From Elusimicrobiota bacterium (lineage in GTDB: Bacteria > Elusimicrobiota > Elusimicrobia > Elusimicrobiales > UBA9959): a stretch of DNA of 64,000 bases. Positions 1 through 10,267 of this stretch are shown one piece after another (position 1 is the first letter of the stretch; every line of letters begins with the position of its first letter). Both the position numbers and the translations under genes were made by a program. The notes beneath the pieces are model-generated. The model ran no database searches. It saw only the letters and a program-made list of their open reading frames with translations, and was not told the DNA's origin. Location: the NCBI GenBank assembly GCA_036574205.1, contig JAINCQ010000017.1, forward strand, positions 37,722 to 101,721, written 5' to 3'.

Positions 1-328
1 TCTTTAGTATTCTTTTACAGTTTCTGAAAAGTTTTACGTTCAGTGTCAACTCATAAATAAGTCAACTAAATAACCTCCTTTTTGAATATTTTTCCAGTTT
101 TTATAATGTTTTCCAGTTTTAAATCATTTTGCTTTTAGTTATTGGTTAAAACAAAAGCTTGGTTAGATTATATTTGACTTGATTCGTTTAGAGTATTATT
201 GAATAAAAAAATGATAAAATAATTAATAGTAAATTTTAATGTATGATAAAGGATTTTTACTGTGGTAGTCAGTGAATTATACCTGTATTATCTGATGTGA
301 TTATCTTACTTTGATTTAGAATTTATTT

Positions 329-1654
329 ATGATAAAAAAAGTTTATGAGATATTTTTTATAAATGACGAGTTTTTTCCTTATGTGATAATCAAGAAGTTT
401 AGAAAAAATCAAGAATACAAAAGATTATTTTCTAATTTTACTTACTTATCCTTTTTGCAGGTAGCAAATTATATTTTTCCTCTTATTGCTATGCCATATT
501 TAATTAGGGTAATAGGGGTGGAGTATGTGGGACTTTTAGGATTTGCGACTTCTACAATATCTTATCTTCAGATAATCACCGATTATGGGTTTAATCTAAG
601 TGCTACAAGAAGGATAAGTGTTTATAGAAATGATAGATTAAAATTGATAGAGATATTTTCCTCAGTAATTATGATAAAAGTTACATTGCTTTTTGTTGCT
701 TTCTTAATACTTCTTGTATTGATTTATGGTTTTGAGAAATTTAATAAAGATGCATTAATCTTTTTCATTAGTTTTGGTATAGTAATAGGTGATTCATTTT
801 TCCCGCTCTGGTTTTTTCAAGGTATGGAGCATATGAAATATATTACTTACCTAAATGTTCTGGCAAAAGGTATATTTACTCTGGCTGTTTTTATATTTGT
901 GAAAAAGCAGAATAATTATTATCTTGTACCACTATTTACCTCACTTGGCTCTTTGATATCAACGATTTGTTCGATTTATATCATAAAAAATAAATTTGGT
1001 ATAATTTTTAGATTTCAGGAGTTAAATACTGTTAAAAAATATTTTTATGAAGGCTGGCATATATTTGTTTCTTCTATTTTTAGTGCAATGTATAGAAATG
1101 CAAATACATTTATACTTGGACTATTAACAAATAATACTATAGTAGGATATTATTTTATTGCAGAAAAAATTGTAAAAGTTTTACAAAGTTTACAGGGTAT
1201 TGTAGGAAATACTCTTTTTCCATACTTTAGTAAAAAATTTAATGTAACAAATAAGTTCTTTTTTGATTTAAATGACAAATTTTTGAAAATTATTTTTTTT
1301 ATTTATTTATCAATGAGTTTAATTACTCTTTTTTCAGCAAAATATATTATATACATTCTGGCAGGAGAATTTAACAGAATTATGATATTAAATCTTCAGA
1401 TTATAAGTTTTGTTATTTTAATAGGTGGTTTTAATTATTACTATGGAATTTTGGGATTAGTTACAATGAGTTATGAAAAAGATTTTTCACAATGTGTTAT
1501 TATAACAGGATTGTTAAATCTATTTTTTTGCAGCATATTGGTTTATTTATTTCCATATTATGGTGCAGCTATAAGTTTGGTTGTAAGTGAAAGTATTTTA
1601 TTGTTGCTGTTATTTTTAAAAATATTAAAAATTAAAAAAAATTTAAATAATTAA
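329..1654 (+). CDS. wzx: O-antigen/polysaccharide flippase (Wzx/RfbX, MOP family)
   Basis: Multi-TM protein with typical N-terminal 'NFTYLSFLQVANYIFPLIAMPYLIRVIG..G', 'DYGFNLSATRRIS' and 'WFFQGME' motifs; first gene of a glycosyltransferase cluster. Confidence 0.9.
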   Translation: MIKKVYEIFFINDEFFPYVIIKKFRKNQEYKRLFSNFTYLSFLQVANYIFPLIAMPYLIRVIGVEYVGLLGFATSTISYLQIITDYGFNLSATRRISVYRNDRLKLIEIFSSVIMIKVTLLFVAFLILLVLIYGFEKFNKDALIFFISFGIVIGDSFFPLWFFQGMEHMKYITYLNVLAKGIFTLAVFIFVKKQNNYYLVPLFTSLGSLISTICSIYIIKNKFGIIFRFQELNTVKKYFYEGWHIFVSSIFSAMYRNANTFILGLLTNNTIVGYYFIAEKIVKVLQSLQGIVGNTLFPYFSKKFNVTNKFFFDLNDKFLKIIFFIYLSMSLITLFSAKYIIYILAGEFNRIMILNLQIISFVILIGGFNYYYGILGLVTMSYEKDFSQCVIITGLLNLFFCSILVYLFPYYGAAISLVVSESILLLLLFLKILKIKKNLNN

Positions 1655-1701
1655 ATCATTATTAATGTTACTCTTTTATTATTTGATAAAATATAGGTAA
1701 T

Positions 1702-2700
1702 ATGACCGAAGTTATTTCTCATATTTATAAAATTACGGTTGTTATAGTTACCTATGGGAATAGATGGAATTATTTATCTCAAGCTTTAAATTCTGTTAAG
1801 GATAATCAACTTGTAAGCGATATTATCGTGGTTGATAATGGTTCTAAAGTGGATATAGGTAATTTATGTAAGTCAATTAACTCAGATAAGATTTGTGTTA
1901 TAAGGCTTGAAAAAAATACTGGTTCTGCGGGTGGTTTTTATGTTGGAATTAAAACTGCATATGAAAAAGGGAAGGGGGATTTCATATTTTTACTTGATGA
2001 TGATAATGTGGTAGAGGAAAACTGCTTTGAAAATCTTATTTCCTGGTATATAAAACTTGGAAATAACCCTAAAAATTGTTTAAAGGCATTTAAGTATAAT
2101 AATAAATCTGATGTTTTATTAATGACGAATTATCCTTATTTAGAGGCTTATAATTCGTTTTCGAACTTTCATATTTTAAATAAAATAAAAGAAATTTTTT
2201 TAAAACCAAAAATTCAAAGTTGTATTAAAGTCAGAGCAGTTGCATATAGTGGATTTATGTTTCATAAAAGTGTAGTAGATGAAGTTGGATATCCTAATAA
2301 AGATATGATTTTATATGGAGATGATACAGAATATTCTTTGAGATTTAAGAGTAGAGGATATGATATATTCCTTATTTTAGATGCTAGACTGAAAGATCTT
2401 GAAATTTCTTGGTGTAACAAAAATATGAAAGGAAATTCGTATTTTTGGGGTGAGACAAATATAGTGAGAATGTTTTATTCACTTAGAAATAGGGTATATG
2501 TTGAAAAGAAGTACCTGGTTAAAAATAAATTAGTCTATTTTTTAAACTTTGCTATTTATTTTTTATGGCATGCTACTTCCACTCTTATTATCTATAAATT
2601 TGATAAGAGGGTATTTAAAAGAATATTACTTTTTCTAAAAGCTTGTAGAAAAGGCTGGAAAGGTGAGTTGAAAGAAGAAATGAGTCTTGAAAATTTATAG
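1702..2700 (+). CDS. GT2 family glycosyltransferase
   Basis: VVIVTYG, VVDNGS, NTGSAGGF, LLDDD and YGDDTEYSLR motifs. Confidence 0.9.
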   Translation: MTEVISHIYKITVVIVTYGNRWNYLSQALNSVKDNQLVSDIIVVDNGSKVDIGNLCKSINSDKICVIRLEKNTGSAGGFYVGIKTAYEKGKGDFIFLLDDDNVVEENCFENLISWYIKLGNNPKNCLKAFKYNNKSDVLLMTNYPYLEAYNSFSNFHILNKIKEIFLKPKIQSCIKVRAVAYSGFMFHKSVVDEVGYPNKDMILYGDDTEYSLRFKSRGYDIFLILDARLKDLEISWCNKNMKGNSYFWGETNIVRMFYSLRNRVYVEKKYLVKNKLVYFLNFAIYFLWHATSTLIIYKFDKRVFKRILLFLKACRKGWKGELKEEMSLENL

Positions 2701-2702
2701 AA

Positions 2703-3692
2703 ATGAAAATTCCAATATTGTTCATAGTTTTTAATAGATCTGATACTACACAAAGAGTGTTTGAGGAAATTAAAAAAGCAAGACCTTTGCGTTTATATAT
2801 TGCATCCGATGGACCTAGAGAAGATAAAAAAGGTGAGGCGAAAATTGTTGAAAAAATACGCGAATATCTATTAAAAAACATAGATTGGAATTGTGAAGTA
2901 AAGACTTTTTTTGAAAATAAAAATTGGGGACCTATGAAATATGTTTCTATGGCAATTACTTGGTTTTTTGAAAATGAAGAAATGGGTATAATCCTTGAGC
3001 ATGATTGTGTTCCTTCGCAAAGTTTTTTTAAGTTTTGTGAAGAATTACTTGTCTATTATAAGGATGATGATAAGGTGGGGATGATATTTGGATTTAATCC
3101 ATTTTCAAATAGGATAAAAATTGATTCAAGTTTTTTCTTTTCTAAGTATGATATCATCTGGGGATGGGCTACATGGAGAAGGGTGTGGAAGCTTTATGAT
3201 GTTGAGATTAAAAGCTGGATTGAAGATAAAAAAAGTGGTGTGCTTAACTCATTTTCTGATAACTATCTTGTTAGAAAATATTTTCAGTTAATATTTGACT
3301 TATATTACTACAAAGTTGAAAAAAGTTCATGGGATGCTCAATTTTCATATGTATTAATGAAACATAATATGTTAACAATAGTACCTCAGAAAAACTTAAT
3401 AAAGAATATTGGATATGGAAGTGAGGACGCTGTTCATACGATTGACAAAGCTCCTTCTTATATAGAAAACGCAGAGTTGGAAGAATTAAGATTTCCTATT
3501 GTTTATCCTTCAAATTATATAATATATAACAGATGGGAAAGATTAATAGAAAAGGTGCATCATAAAATAACCTTTTTCAAAATAGTTAAGTTATATTTGA
3601 AGCTTATTCTTGGAAAGTATGATTTATTTTTCATATATAAATTTTTCAGAGGAATATACAGAAAAGTTAAAAAATTTTTAAGTTTTAAATAA
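2703..3692 (+). CDS. Nucleotide-diphospho-sugar transferase (HlpA-like GT-A fold)
   Basis: PILFIVFNR, LYIASDGPR, GIILEHDC, IWGWATWRRVW and SWD motifs. Confidence 0.85.
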   Translation: MKIPILFIVFNRSDTTQRVFEEIKKARPLRLYIASDGPREDKKGEAKIVEKIREYLLKNIDWNCEVKTFFENKNWGPMKYVSMAITWFFENEEMGIILEHDCVPSQSFFKFCEELLVYYKDDDKVGMIFGFNPFSNRIKIDSSFFFSKYDIIWGWATWRRVWKLYDVEIKSWIEDKKSGVLNSFSDNYLVRKYFQLIFDLYYYKVEKSSWDAQFSYVLMKHNMLTIVPQKNLIKNIGYGSEDAVHTIDKAPSYIENAELEELRFPIVYPSNYIIYNRWERLIEKVHHKITFFKIVKLYLKLILGKYDLFFIYKFFRGIYRKVKKFLSFK

Positions 3693-3723
3693 ATTTTGAT
3701 TATATAAAAAAGTAGTTAAAGAT

Positions 3724-4872
3724 ATGATAAAAAGCCAGTTGAAAAAAGGTTATCTTATTCAAAATGAAAAAGTATTAAAGCTATTTAGATTTATTGATTT
3801 TTTAGGATATAAGTTGTTTAACTTTAATAGAAGATTTAGAGGATATGATTTAAATAATAAAAAGATACTTGTTTGTAACACTGCACATTTAGGAGATGTA
3901 CTCCTATCATTAAGATTTGTTGAATTATTGAAAAGTAAATTTAATAATGTAAAAATATATTTTCTATGTGGTAGCTGGAGTTTAGCTCTTTTAGTTGACA
4001 ATCCTTATATCGATGAGATAATAATCTATGATGAAGTTTTATTAAATAGAAATAGAATTTCAAAAATTAAAAAAATTATGATTAATTTAATAGGTTTTGT
4101 TAAGGTATTAAAAAAAATTAGGGAAGAAAGAATTGATATAGCTTTTAATCTAAGAGCATATTTTAATACTACTAATTTTTTGTTATTATTAAGTGGTATT
4201 CCTATTAGAGTTGGTTATAAAACTGGAGGAATGGGGTTTCTTTTAACTAAAACTGAGGAGTGGATAGAAGGAGAACATGAAATAGAGCATCATTTAAGAT
4301 TGTTAAAAGATTTTTTAAAAGAAGATTATCATAAATATTTATCTTATCCAGATATGGAATATATACTTAAAGAAGAAAAATTAAAATATAAAATAGGAAT
4401 TAATAAATACATCGTGATTAATATTTTTTCTGGAGAGGAAAGGAAAAAAATAAACGATAATAGTTTATGGATAGATTTAATAAAGTATTTTGCAGATTTT
4501 TATGATGTATATTTAATTGGAACTTCTGATATAAAAGAAATTATAGAAAAGGGAATTGTTTCAAAGATAAATAGTAATAGAGTTTATAATATAGCTGGTA
4601 AAACTAATTTGTATGATGTGTTCTATTTGGTAAAGAATGCTGAATTTGTTGTTAGTGTTGACTCATTGATTTCGCATATTTTAGGAATATATAATAAAAA
4701 GTCTCTTGTAATTTTTCATGGTAATAATGATTTTAACCAATGGCGGCCTTTAAGTGAAAATATTATGATTTACAGGAAGCAACTTTCGTGTTCTCCATGT
4801 TTTTTTAAAATAAGTTGTAATGATGAATGTTTTCAAATAAAATTTGATGAAATAAAGGATTTACTAAAATGA
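3724..4872 (+). CDS. GT9 family glycosyltransferase (heptosyltransferase-like)
   Basis: HLGDVLLS, NPYIDEII, AGKTNL, VSVDSLISH and C-terminal CSPC motifs. Confidence 0.88.
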   Translation: MIKSQLKKGYLIQNEKVLKLFRFIDFLGYKLFNFNRRFRGYDLNNKKILVCNTAHLGDVLLSLRFVELLKSKFNNVKIYFLCGSWSLALLVDNPYIDEIIIYDEVLLNRNRISKIKKIMINLIGFVKVLKKIREERIDIAFNLRAYFNTTNFLLLLSGIPIRVGYKTGGMGFLLTKTEEWIEGEHEIEHHLRLLKDFLKEDYHKYLSYPDMEYILKEEKLKYKIGINKYIVINIFSGEERKKINDNSLWIDLIKYFADFYDVYLIGTSDIKEIIEKGIVSKINSNRVYNIAGKTNLYDVFYLVKNAEFVVSVDSLISHILGIYNKKSLVIFHGNNDFNQWRPLSENIMIYRKQLSCSPCFFKISCNDECFQIKFDEIKDLLK

Positions 4873-4928
4873 TTTGTAATAAACTTTATTTTAAAGAAAT
4901 TTTATGAATTAAGTAGGGAGAATAAAAT

Positions 4929-6299
4929 ATGCTTTCATCAAAAGACAACTTTCAAAAGTTTATTTCTTGGTTGAGTTTTGCTTGTTTATTTTTATTATTT
5001 GTGCCAGGTTTATGGCCTCAAATTTCAATGTTTTTATTTGGTGGAAAAGTTGTTTTTCCAAACGTATTTTTCAAGTTTATTTTAATACTAATAGTATTCG
5101 TAAGTTTTCTGATTAGAAAAAAGCTAATACAGGAGTTAATACCTACATATATCTTGTTGTTAATTTATCTTTTTGGAGAATTTTTATATTTTAGTTTTTA
5201 TCTAAAATATGATTTTAATTTCATTTTATTCGGTTACAATATATACTACTTTTTTATTTTTTTGTTTCCATTTTTTATTTCTGTTAGATATATTAATGAA
5301 AAAAATATAATAATGATATTTTTAATTACTTCAGTTCCAATATATGTACTTGCTTTATTGCAACATTTTTTAAACTCAAATATTATTCCTGTTCGTTCAA
5401 TTGATGGATATTATGACGCACTTGTCTGGAGTTTTTATGGAAAAATAAGAGCTTATTCCTTTTTTGGCGTTTCATTATTATTGGCGATTTTTAGCACATT
5501 GGTTTCATTACTTTGTTTTAAGTTCTATTTAACTCAGAAGGATAGCATAAAAAAGATTTTATTTTTAGTAATGTTTTTAATTTCTATTTTTGTAGTCTAT
5601 ATTACCTACTCAAGAACAGGTTATTTGATTTTCATTGGGAGCTTTATTTCATTCATTTTGTTTGAAAAAAGTAATAATTATAAGTTTTTAAACTATTTAC
5701 CTGTTTTTTACTTTCTTATTGGTTTGGTATTAGTTTTAAGTCTTTATTTTTTAAACTATCATAAATTAAATGAGCAACAAAGTATTCTATATAAACAGAA
5801 AATGGAGGAAAATTTAGGTGTAACTGGGATGAAATTTAAAAAATATTATAGTTCTTCTACTATTAGTTATGCTGAATTAATAGATAAAACTCCCATATCT
5901 TTACAAAAAGGATCTGCCCCTGTTCTTGCTTCGGATAGTTTTGTTATGCGTGTTATAAGCTGGAAAATAGCTATTGATCTCATTTTTAATAGCTGGAAAA
6001 GTTTTTTATTTGGACAGGGGATATATTATAGCAGACATATAAATATGGCAGAATATGCTTGTGATAATCTTTATATTGATATTTTACTACATACAGGAAT
6101 TATTGGTTTAATTTTATTTTTTGCTTTTTTATGGCAAACATATAAATATTTAATAAAATTATATGATAATTCTTTATTTAGAAGTGTTATAATTTCTTTT
6201 TTTTCCACTCTACCACTTTCTAATTTTACCAGTAATATTATTTTTGTATACCTGAATATTGTTTTATTTTTGTTTTTGTCTGATAATAATATGGAGTAA
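4929..6299 (+). CDS. O-antigen polymerase/ligase family membrane protein (Wzy_C)
   Basis: Polytopic membrane protein with RAYS, TYSRTG, FGQG and DNLYIDILLHTGIIG motifs. Confidence 0.75.
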   Translation: MLSSKDNFQKFISWLSFACLFLLFVPGLWPQISMFLFGGKVVFPNVFFKFILILIVFVSFLIRKKLIQELIPTYILLLIYLFGEFLYFSFYLKYDFNFILFGYNIYYFFIFLFPFFISVRYINEKNIIMIFLITSVPIYVLALLQHFLNSNIIPVRSIDGYYDALVWSFYGKIRAYSFFGVSLLLAIFSTLVSLLCFKFYLTQKDSIKKILFLVMFLISIFVVYITYSRTGYLIFIGSFISFILFEKSNNYKFLNYLPVFYFLIGLVLVLSLYFLNYHKLNEQQSILYKQKMEENLGVTGMKFKKYYSSSTISYAELIDKTPISLQKGSAPVLASDSFVMRVISWKIAIDLIFNSWKSFLFGQGIYYSRHINMAEYACDNLYIDILLHTGIIGLILFFAFLWQTYKYLIKLYDNSLFRSVIISFFSTLPLSNFTSNIIFVYLNIVLFLFLSDNNME

Positions 6300-6354
6300 A
6301 TATGTTTTTATATATAATGGAAGCTTTTGGTTTGAGTAATACATAAACATAAAT

Positions 6355-7407
6355 ATGAAAATTGTAATTGATTGTAGAATGATAGCTTCTTCTGGAATAG
6401 GCAGCTATATTGTAAATATAGTTCCTTTTATAATAAATAAGTTTAAAGTTTATCTACTGGGAGATCGAGAAAAAATTAGAAAATTTTTATCAGTTGAGGA
6501 TGAAAAAATAATTGATTTTAATACTAATATATATACTTTAACTGAACAGTTACTATACCCTGTAAAAATTTATTCTTGTGATATTTTTTGGTCACCTCAT
6601 TATAATATCCCTCTTTTACCAATAAAAGCTAAAAAATTAATGGTTACAATACATGATGTATATCATCTTGCCTTTAAAAACACTTTGACTTTAAAACAGA
6701 AATTATATGCTGATCTTATGTTTTATGTAGCTACAAGAAAACCAGATATAATTTTAACTGATTCTAATTTTTCAAAAAAAGAAATTATAAAATATACAAA
6801 AACATCAAAAAACATAGAAGTTGTATATAACGCTGTTGATGAAAAGTTATTTTTTAGTTCTGATAATGTAAGTAAAGAAGATTATATTTTATATGTTGGA
6901 AATATAAAACCTCATAAAAATTTAATAAGAGCATTAGAAGCCTTTTCTTTAATTAAAAATAGTAAGTTAAAATTTAAAATAGTAGGAAAATATGAGAATT
7001 TTATTACTTTTGATAAAAAGGCAATTGAGAAAATAAATAATAATAGTGAAAGGGTAGAACTTACAGGATATGTTGATAATGATAAATTAAGATACCTATA
7101 TCAAAAAGCAAAACTACTATTATTTCCTTCATTATATGAAGGTTTTGGATTACCTCCACTTGAAGCAATGGCTTGCGGTTGTCCATGTGTGGTTTCAAAT
7201 GTTGCAAGCTTGCCTGAAGTTTGTGGGGATGCTGCTTATTATGTTGACCCTTACAGTGTTGAAAATATAGCTGAAGGTATTGAGAAAGTTTTAGCTGATG
7301 AAAGTTTAAGGCAGGATTTAATAAGAAAAGGATTTGAAAATATAAAAAGATTTTCCTGGGAAAAATCAGCAAATAAGATTATAGAGATTATAGAAAGTTT
7401 AAAATGA
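6355..7407 (+). CDS. GT4 family glycosyltransferase (mannosyltransferase-like)
   Basis: [15 protein letters not shown] and [18 protein letters not shown] motifs. Confidence 0.93.
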   Translation: MKIVIDCRMIASSGIGSYIVNIVPFIINKFKVYLLGDREKIRKFLSVEDEKIIDFNTNIYTLTEQLLYPVKIYSCDIFWSPHYNIPLLPIKAKKLMVTIHDVYHLAFKNTLTLKQKLYADLMFYVATRKPDIILTDSNFSKKEIIKYTKTSKNIEVVYNAVDEKLFFSSDNVSKEDYILYVGNIKPHKNLIRALEAFSLIKNSKLKFKIVGKYENFITFDKKAIEKINNNSERVELTGYVDNDKLRYLYQKAKLLLFPSLYEGFGLPPLEAMACGCPCVVSNVASLPEVCGDAAYYVDPYSVENIAEGIEKVLADESLRQDLIRKGFENIKRFSWEKSANKIIEIIESLK

Positions 7408-7546
7408 AAGATTAATTGTATAGTGTGTGTTTTTAATTATTAGAAAATGAAGTTGTATTATCTATTTTTAAGCAGTTTTAGGTGTAGTTTTTGAGGATAT
7501 GATGAAGTGTTATTTCCAAAAAAAGGCTAAATCTATATATTGTTAA

Positions 7547-7592
7547 ATATTTAAGGATTATTAATCCATAAATATTGACTATTTTGTATAAT
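7547..7592 (+). promoter_or_regulatory. 29-bp palindrome and -10 box upstream of AAA copy 1
   Basis: ATATTTAAGGATTA-T-TAATCCATAAATAT (14-bp arms, one mismatch); TATAAT at 7587-92. Confidence 0.6.
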
Positions 7593-7598
7593 TTAGTT

Positions 7599-8723
7599 AT
7601 GTTAGAAAGAATACTTTATGGAAGTATAGAAAAATATTTAGATAGATATAATGTTGTTATTGTGATAGGCCCAAGGCAGGTTGGGAAAACTACACTTGTT
7701 AAAGAATATTTAAGCAAGTCTGCTTTAAGGTCTAAATATGTTAGTGGTGATGATATAAGAATAGTAGAAATCTTTTCTTCAAGAAATCTTGATAAAATAA
7801 AGGAGCTTATTTCAGGTTATGATTTGATTGTAATAGATGAAGCACAAAGAATTAAAGATATAGGTGTAAGTATAAAACTTGCTGTAGATAACTTAGAAAA
7901 AATAAAGTTTATCCTTACTGGTTCATCATCTTTTGAATTAATGGGAGAAATAGGTGAGCCATTGTTAGGGAGAAAAAAAACTTTAAATCTTTTTCCTTTT
8001 TCTACTAAAGAAGTGAATTCTTATTTAAATAATTTTGAAATTAAGGAAAAACTGAATGATTTTTTAGTATTTGGTCTTTATCCAAGAGTTGTGTTGTGTA
8101 ATGATAAAAAGGATAAAATAGAAATAATAAATGAAATTGTTAATTCTTATTTACTTAAAGATGTATTTCAGTTTGAGGGAATAAAAAAATCTAATGTGAT
8201 ATTAAAAATGTTAAGACTGCTTGTTTTTCAAATTGGCTTTGAAGTCTCTTTAAATGAAATAGCAAATAATTGTGATGTGGATGTTAAGACTGTTAAAAGA
8301 TATATAGATTTGCTTGAAAAAAATTTTGTTTTGTATGAACTTGGCGCTTTTGCTAAAAATCAAAGGAAAGAAATAACAACCAAGAAAAAATATTACTTTT
8401 ATGATAATGGAGTTATTAATTCGCTAATTTCTAATTTCAATGATTTGGAGTTAAGGGAAGATTCAGGTAGATTATGGGAGAATTTTGTTTTTATGGAAAG
8501 ATTAAAGAAAAATTCCTATAATGAAGAATATGTGAATTCATATTTTTGGCGGGTTAGAGGAGGTAAAGAGATAGATTTGGTTGAAGAAAAAGATGGTAAA
8601 GTTAATGGATATGAGTTTAAATTTACAGAAACTAAAATAAAAAAAATAAAAGACTGGGAGGAAACATATAAATCTCAGGTGAAAATAATAAATAAGGATA
8701 ATTTTTTAAGTTTTGTAACTTAA
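7599..8723 (+). CDS. AAA_14 ATPase with DUF4143 (wHTH + PD-(D/E)XK-like C-terminus; COG1373), copy 1
   Basis: Walker A GPRQVGKTT, Walker B IVIDEAQ, TGSSS, KYYFYDNG, G.LWENFV, YFWR...EID...EFK; start moved to ATG 7599, 6 nt after TATAAT. Confidence 0.9.
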   Translation: MLERILYGSIEKYLDRYNVVIVIGPRQVGKTTLVKEYLSKSALRSKYVSGDDIRIVEIFSSRNLDKIKELISGYDLIVIDEAQRIKDIGVSIKLAVDNLEKIKFILTGSSSFELMGEIGEPLLGRKKTLNLFPFSTKEVNSYLNNFEIKEKLNDFLVFGLYPRVVLCNDKKDKIEIINEIVNSYLLKDVFQFEGIKKSNVILKMLRLLVFQIGFEVSLNEIANNCDVDVKTVKRYIDLLEKNFVLYELGAFAKNQRKEITTKKKYYFYDNGVINSLISNFNDLELREDSGRLWENFVFMERLKKNSYNEEYVNSYFWRVRGGKEIDLVEEKDGKVNGYEFKFTETKIKKIKDWEETYKSQVKIINKDNFLSFVT

Positions 8724-8898
8724 ACTTTAAGGATTTATGTTAAAAAATAAGAGAAGTTATGAAAATAGCAATTGTGATGAGTGGTTTGTGACTTATTGAA
8801 GGGTGGGAAGTGTATCGTTTTAGTTAAAGCGGTCTTATATTGAGTTTACCTTTTGCAATTATTATGATATATTTTAGGTAGGATCATTTGGAATATTA

Positions 8899-8965
8899 TG
8901 GAAGTATTATTTCCAGAAATGGGCTAAAAATGGAATTTGTATTTCCAGAAAATACTTGATATAAT
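8899..8965 (+). promoter_or_regulatory. Two TGGAA-N7-TTCCA operator boxes and extended -10 promoter of AAA copy 2
   Basis: Boxes at 8899-8915 and 8931-8947; TGaTATAAT at 8957-8965, 6 nt before the ATG. Confidence 0.7.
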
Positions 8966-8971
8966 ATAAGT

Positions 8972-10126
8972 ATGAAAATAATAGATAGATATTTATCTCC
9001 GTTAAAAGAAAGTTTTTTCCTTTTTGGTCCTCGTGGAACCGGTAAATCTTTATGGGTAAAAAAAGAATTTCCTCAGGCTCTTTATATAGACTTTCTTGAA
9101 CCTCAGGTTTTCAGGAGTTATTCCGCTTATCCAGAACGTTTAAAGGAAATTGTTTATGCTTATCCAGATAAAAAGGATATTGTGCTTGATGAAATTCAAA
9201 AGGTTCCGCAGGTTCTTTCAGTCGTTCATTCGCTTATAGAGGAGAAAAGGGGGTTACGTTTTATATTGACTGGATCAAGTTCAAGAAAGATAAAAAAAAC
9301 AGGAGAAGATTTGCTTGGTGGACGAGCAGTAAAACTGGCTATGCATCCGTTTATGGCATCTGAGGTTGGTAATTATTTTTCTCTTGAAAAAGCTTTGATT
9401 AATGGACTTGTGCCACTTGTATTTTTTTCAAAAGATCCAGAAAAAAACCTTGAAGGATATATAACACTTTATATAAAAGAGGAGGTTCAGGCAGAGGCTT
9501 TAGTAAGAAATATCCCTGCTTTTTCAAGATTTATGGAAGCTGTAACTTTCTCTCACGGATCTGTTTTAAATGTTAGCGCCATTTCAAGGGAATGTCTGGT
9601 AGAAAGAAAAACTGTGGATGGTTATCTTAAAATTCTGGAAGATTTACTTTTAGGTTTTCAGGTTGAAATTTTTTCAAAAAGAGCCAAACGTAAACTTATA
9701 GAACACTCTAAATTTTATCTTTTTGATACAGGGGTTTTCAGGGCTTTGCGCCCTAAAGGTCCACTTGACCGTCCAGAAGAAATAGATGGTGTTGCGCTGG
9801 AAGGACTTGTGGCACAAAATTTGCGGGCATGGATAGATTATCGTGGTAAAAATAACAGGCTTTATTATTGGCGTACACCTAAGGGTGTGGAGGTGGATTT
9901 TGTGATTTATGGCGAGGATGGTTTGTACGCAATTGAAGTTAAAAATTCAGCCAGGATATATCCAGAGTTTCTCAAAGGACTTAAATCTTTTAAAGAAGAT
10001 TATCCGCAAGCACAATGCCTCTTATTATATAGAGGAAAGGAACATATCAGGAAAGATAATATATTATGTCTTCCATGTGATTATTTTCTATCTAAGCTTA
10101 AACCTGATAAAAATATTTTAGAATAG
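8972..10126 (+). CDS. AAA_14 ATPase with DUF4143 (COG1373), copy 2
   Basis: GPRGTGKS, LDEIQ, TGSSSRK, KFYLFDTG, YYWRT..G.EVDFV...AIEVK. Confidence 0.9.
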   Translation: MKIIDRYLSPLKESFFLFGPRGTGKSLWVKKEFPQALYIDFLEPQVFRSYSAYPERLKEIVYAYPDKKDIVLDEIQKVPQVLSVVHSLIEEKRGLRFILTGSSSRKIKKTGEDLLGGRAVKLAMHPFMASEVGNYFSLEKALINGLVPLVFFSKDPEKNLEGYITLYIKEEVQAEALVRNIPAFSRFMEAVTFSHGSVLNVSAISRECLVERKTVDGYLKILEDLLLGFQVEIFSKRAKRKLIEHSKFYLFDTGVFRALRPKGPLDRPEEIDGVALEGLVAQNLRAWIDYRGKNNRLYYWRTPKGVEVDFVIYGEDGLYAIEVKNSARIYPEFLKGLKSFKEDYPQAQCLLLYRGKEHIRKDNILCLPCDYFLSKLKPDKNILE

Positions 10127-10267
10127 ATATTTATTGTGGATTATGATTATAAAGATAGATTATGGGAGAATTTTATTTTTATGGAAAGATTGAATAAAAA
10201 GGTGGGAAAATCAATGGATATGAATTTAAATTTAGGGAGACTAAAATTAAAAAAATAAAACCAGATT

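Noticed and set aside
38..80. gtcaac repeats and minus-strand GGAGG at the window start as an IS end or gene start
   Set aside because: Frames following the RBS-like motif stop immediately and the context lies outside the window.
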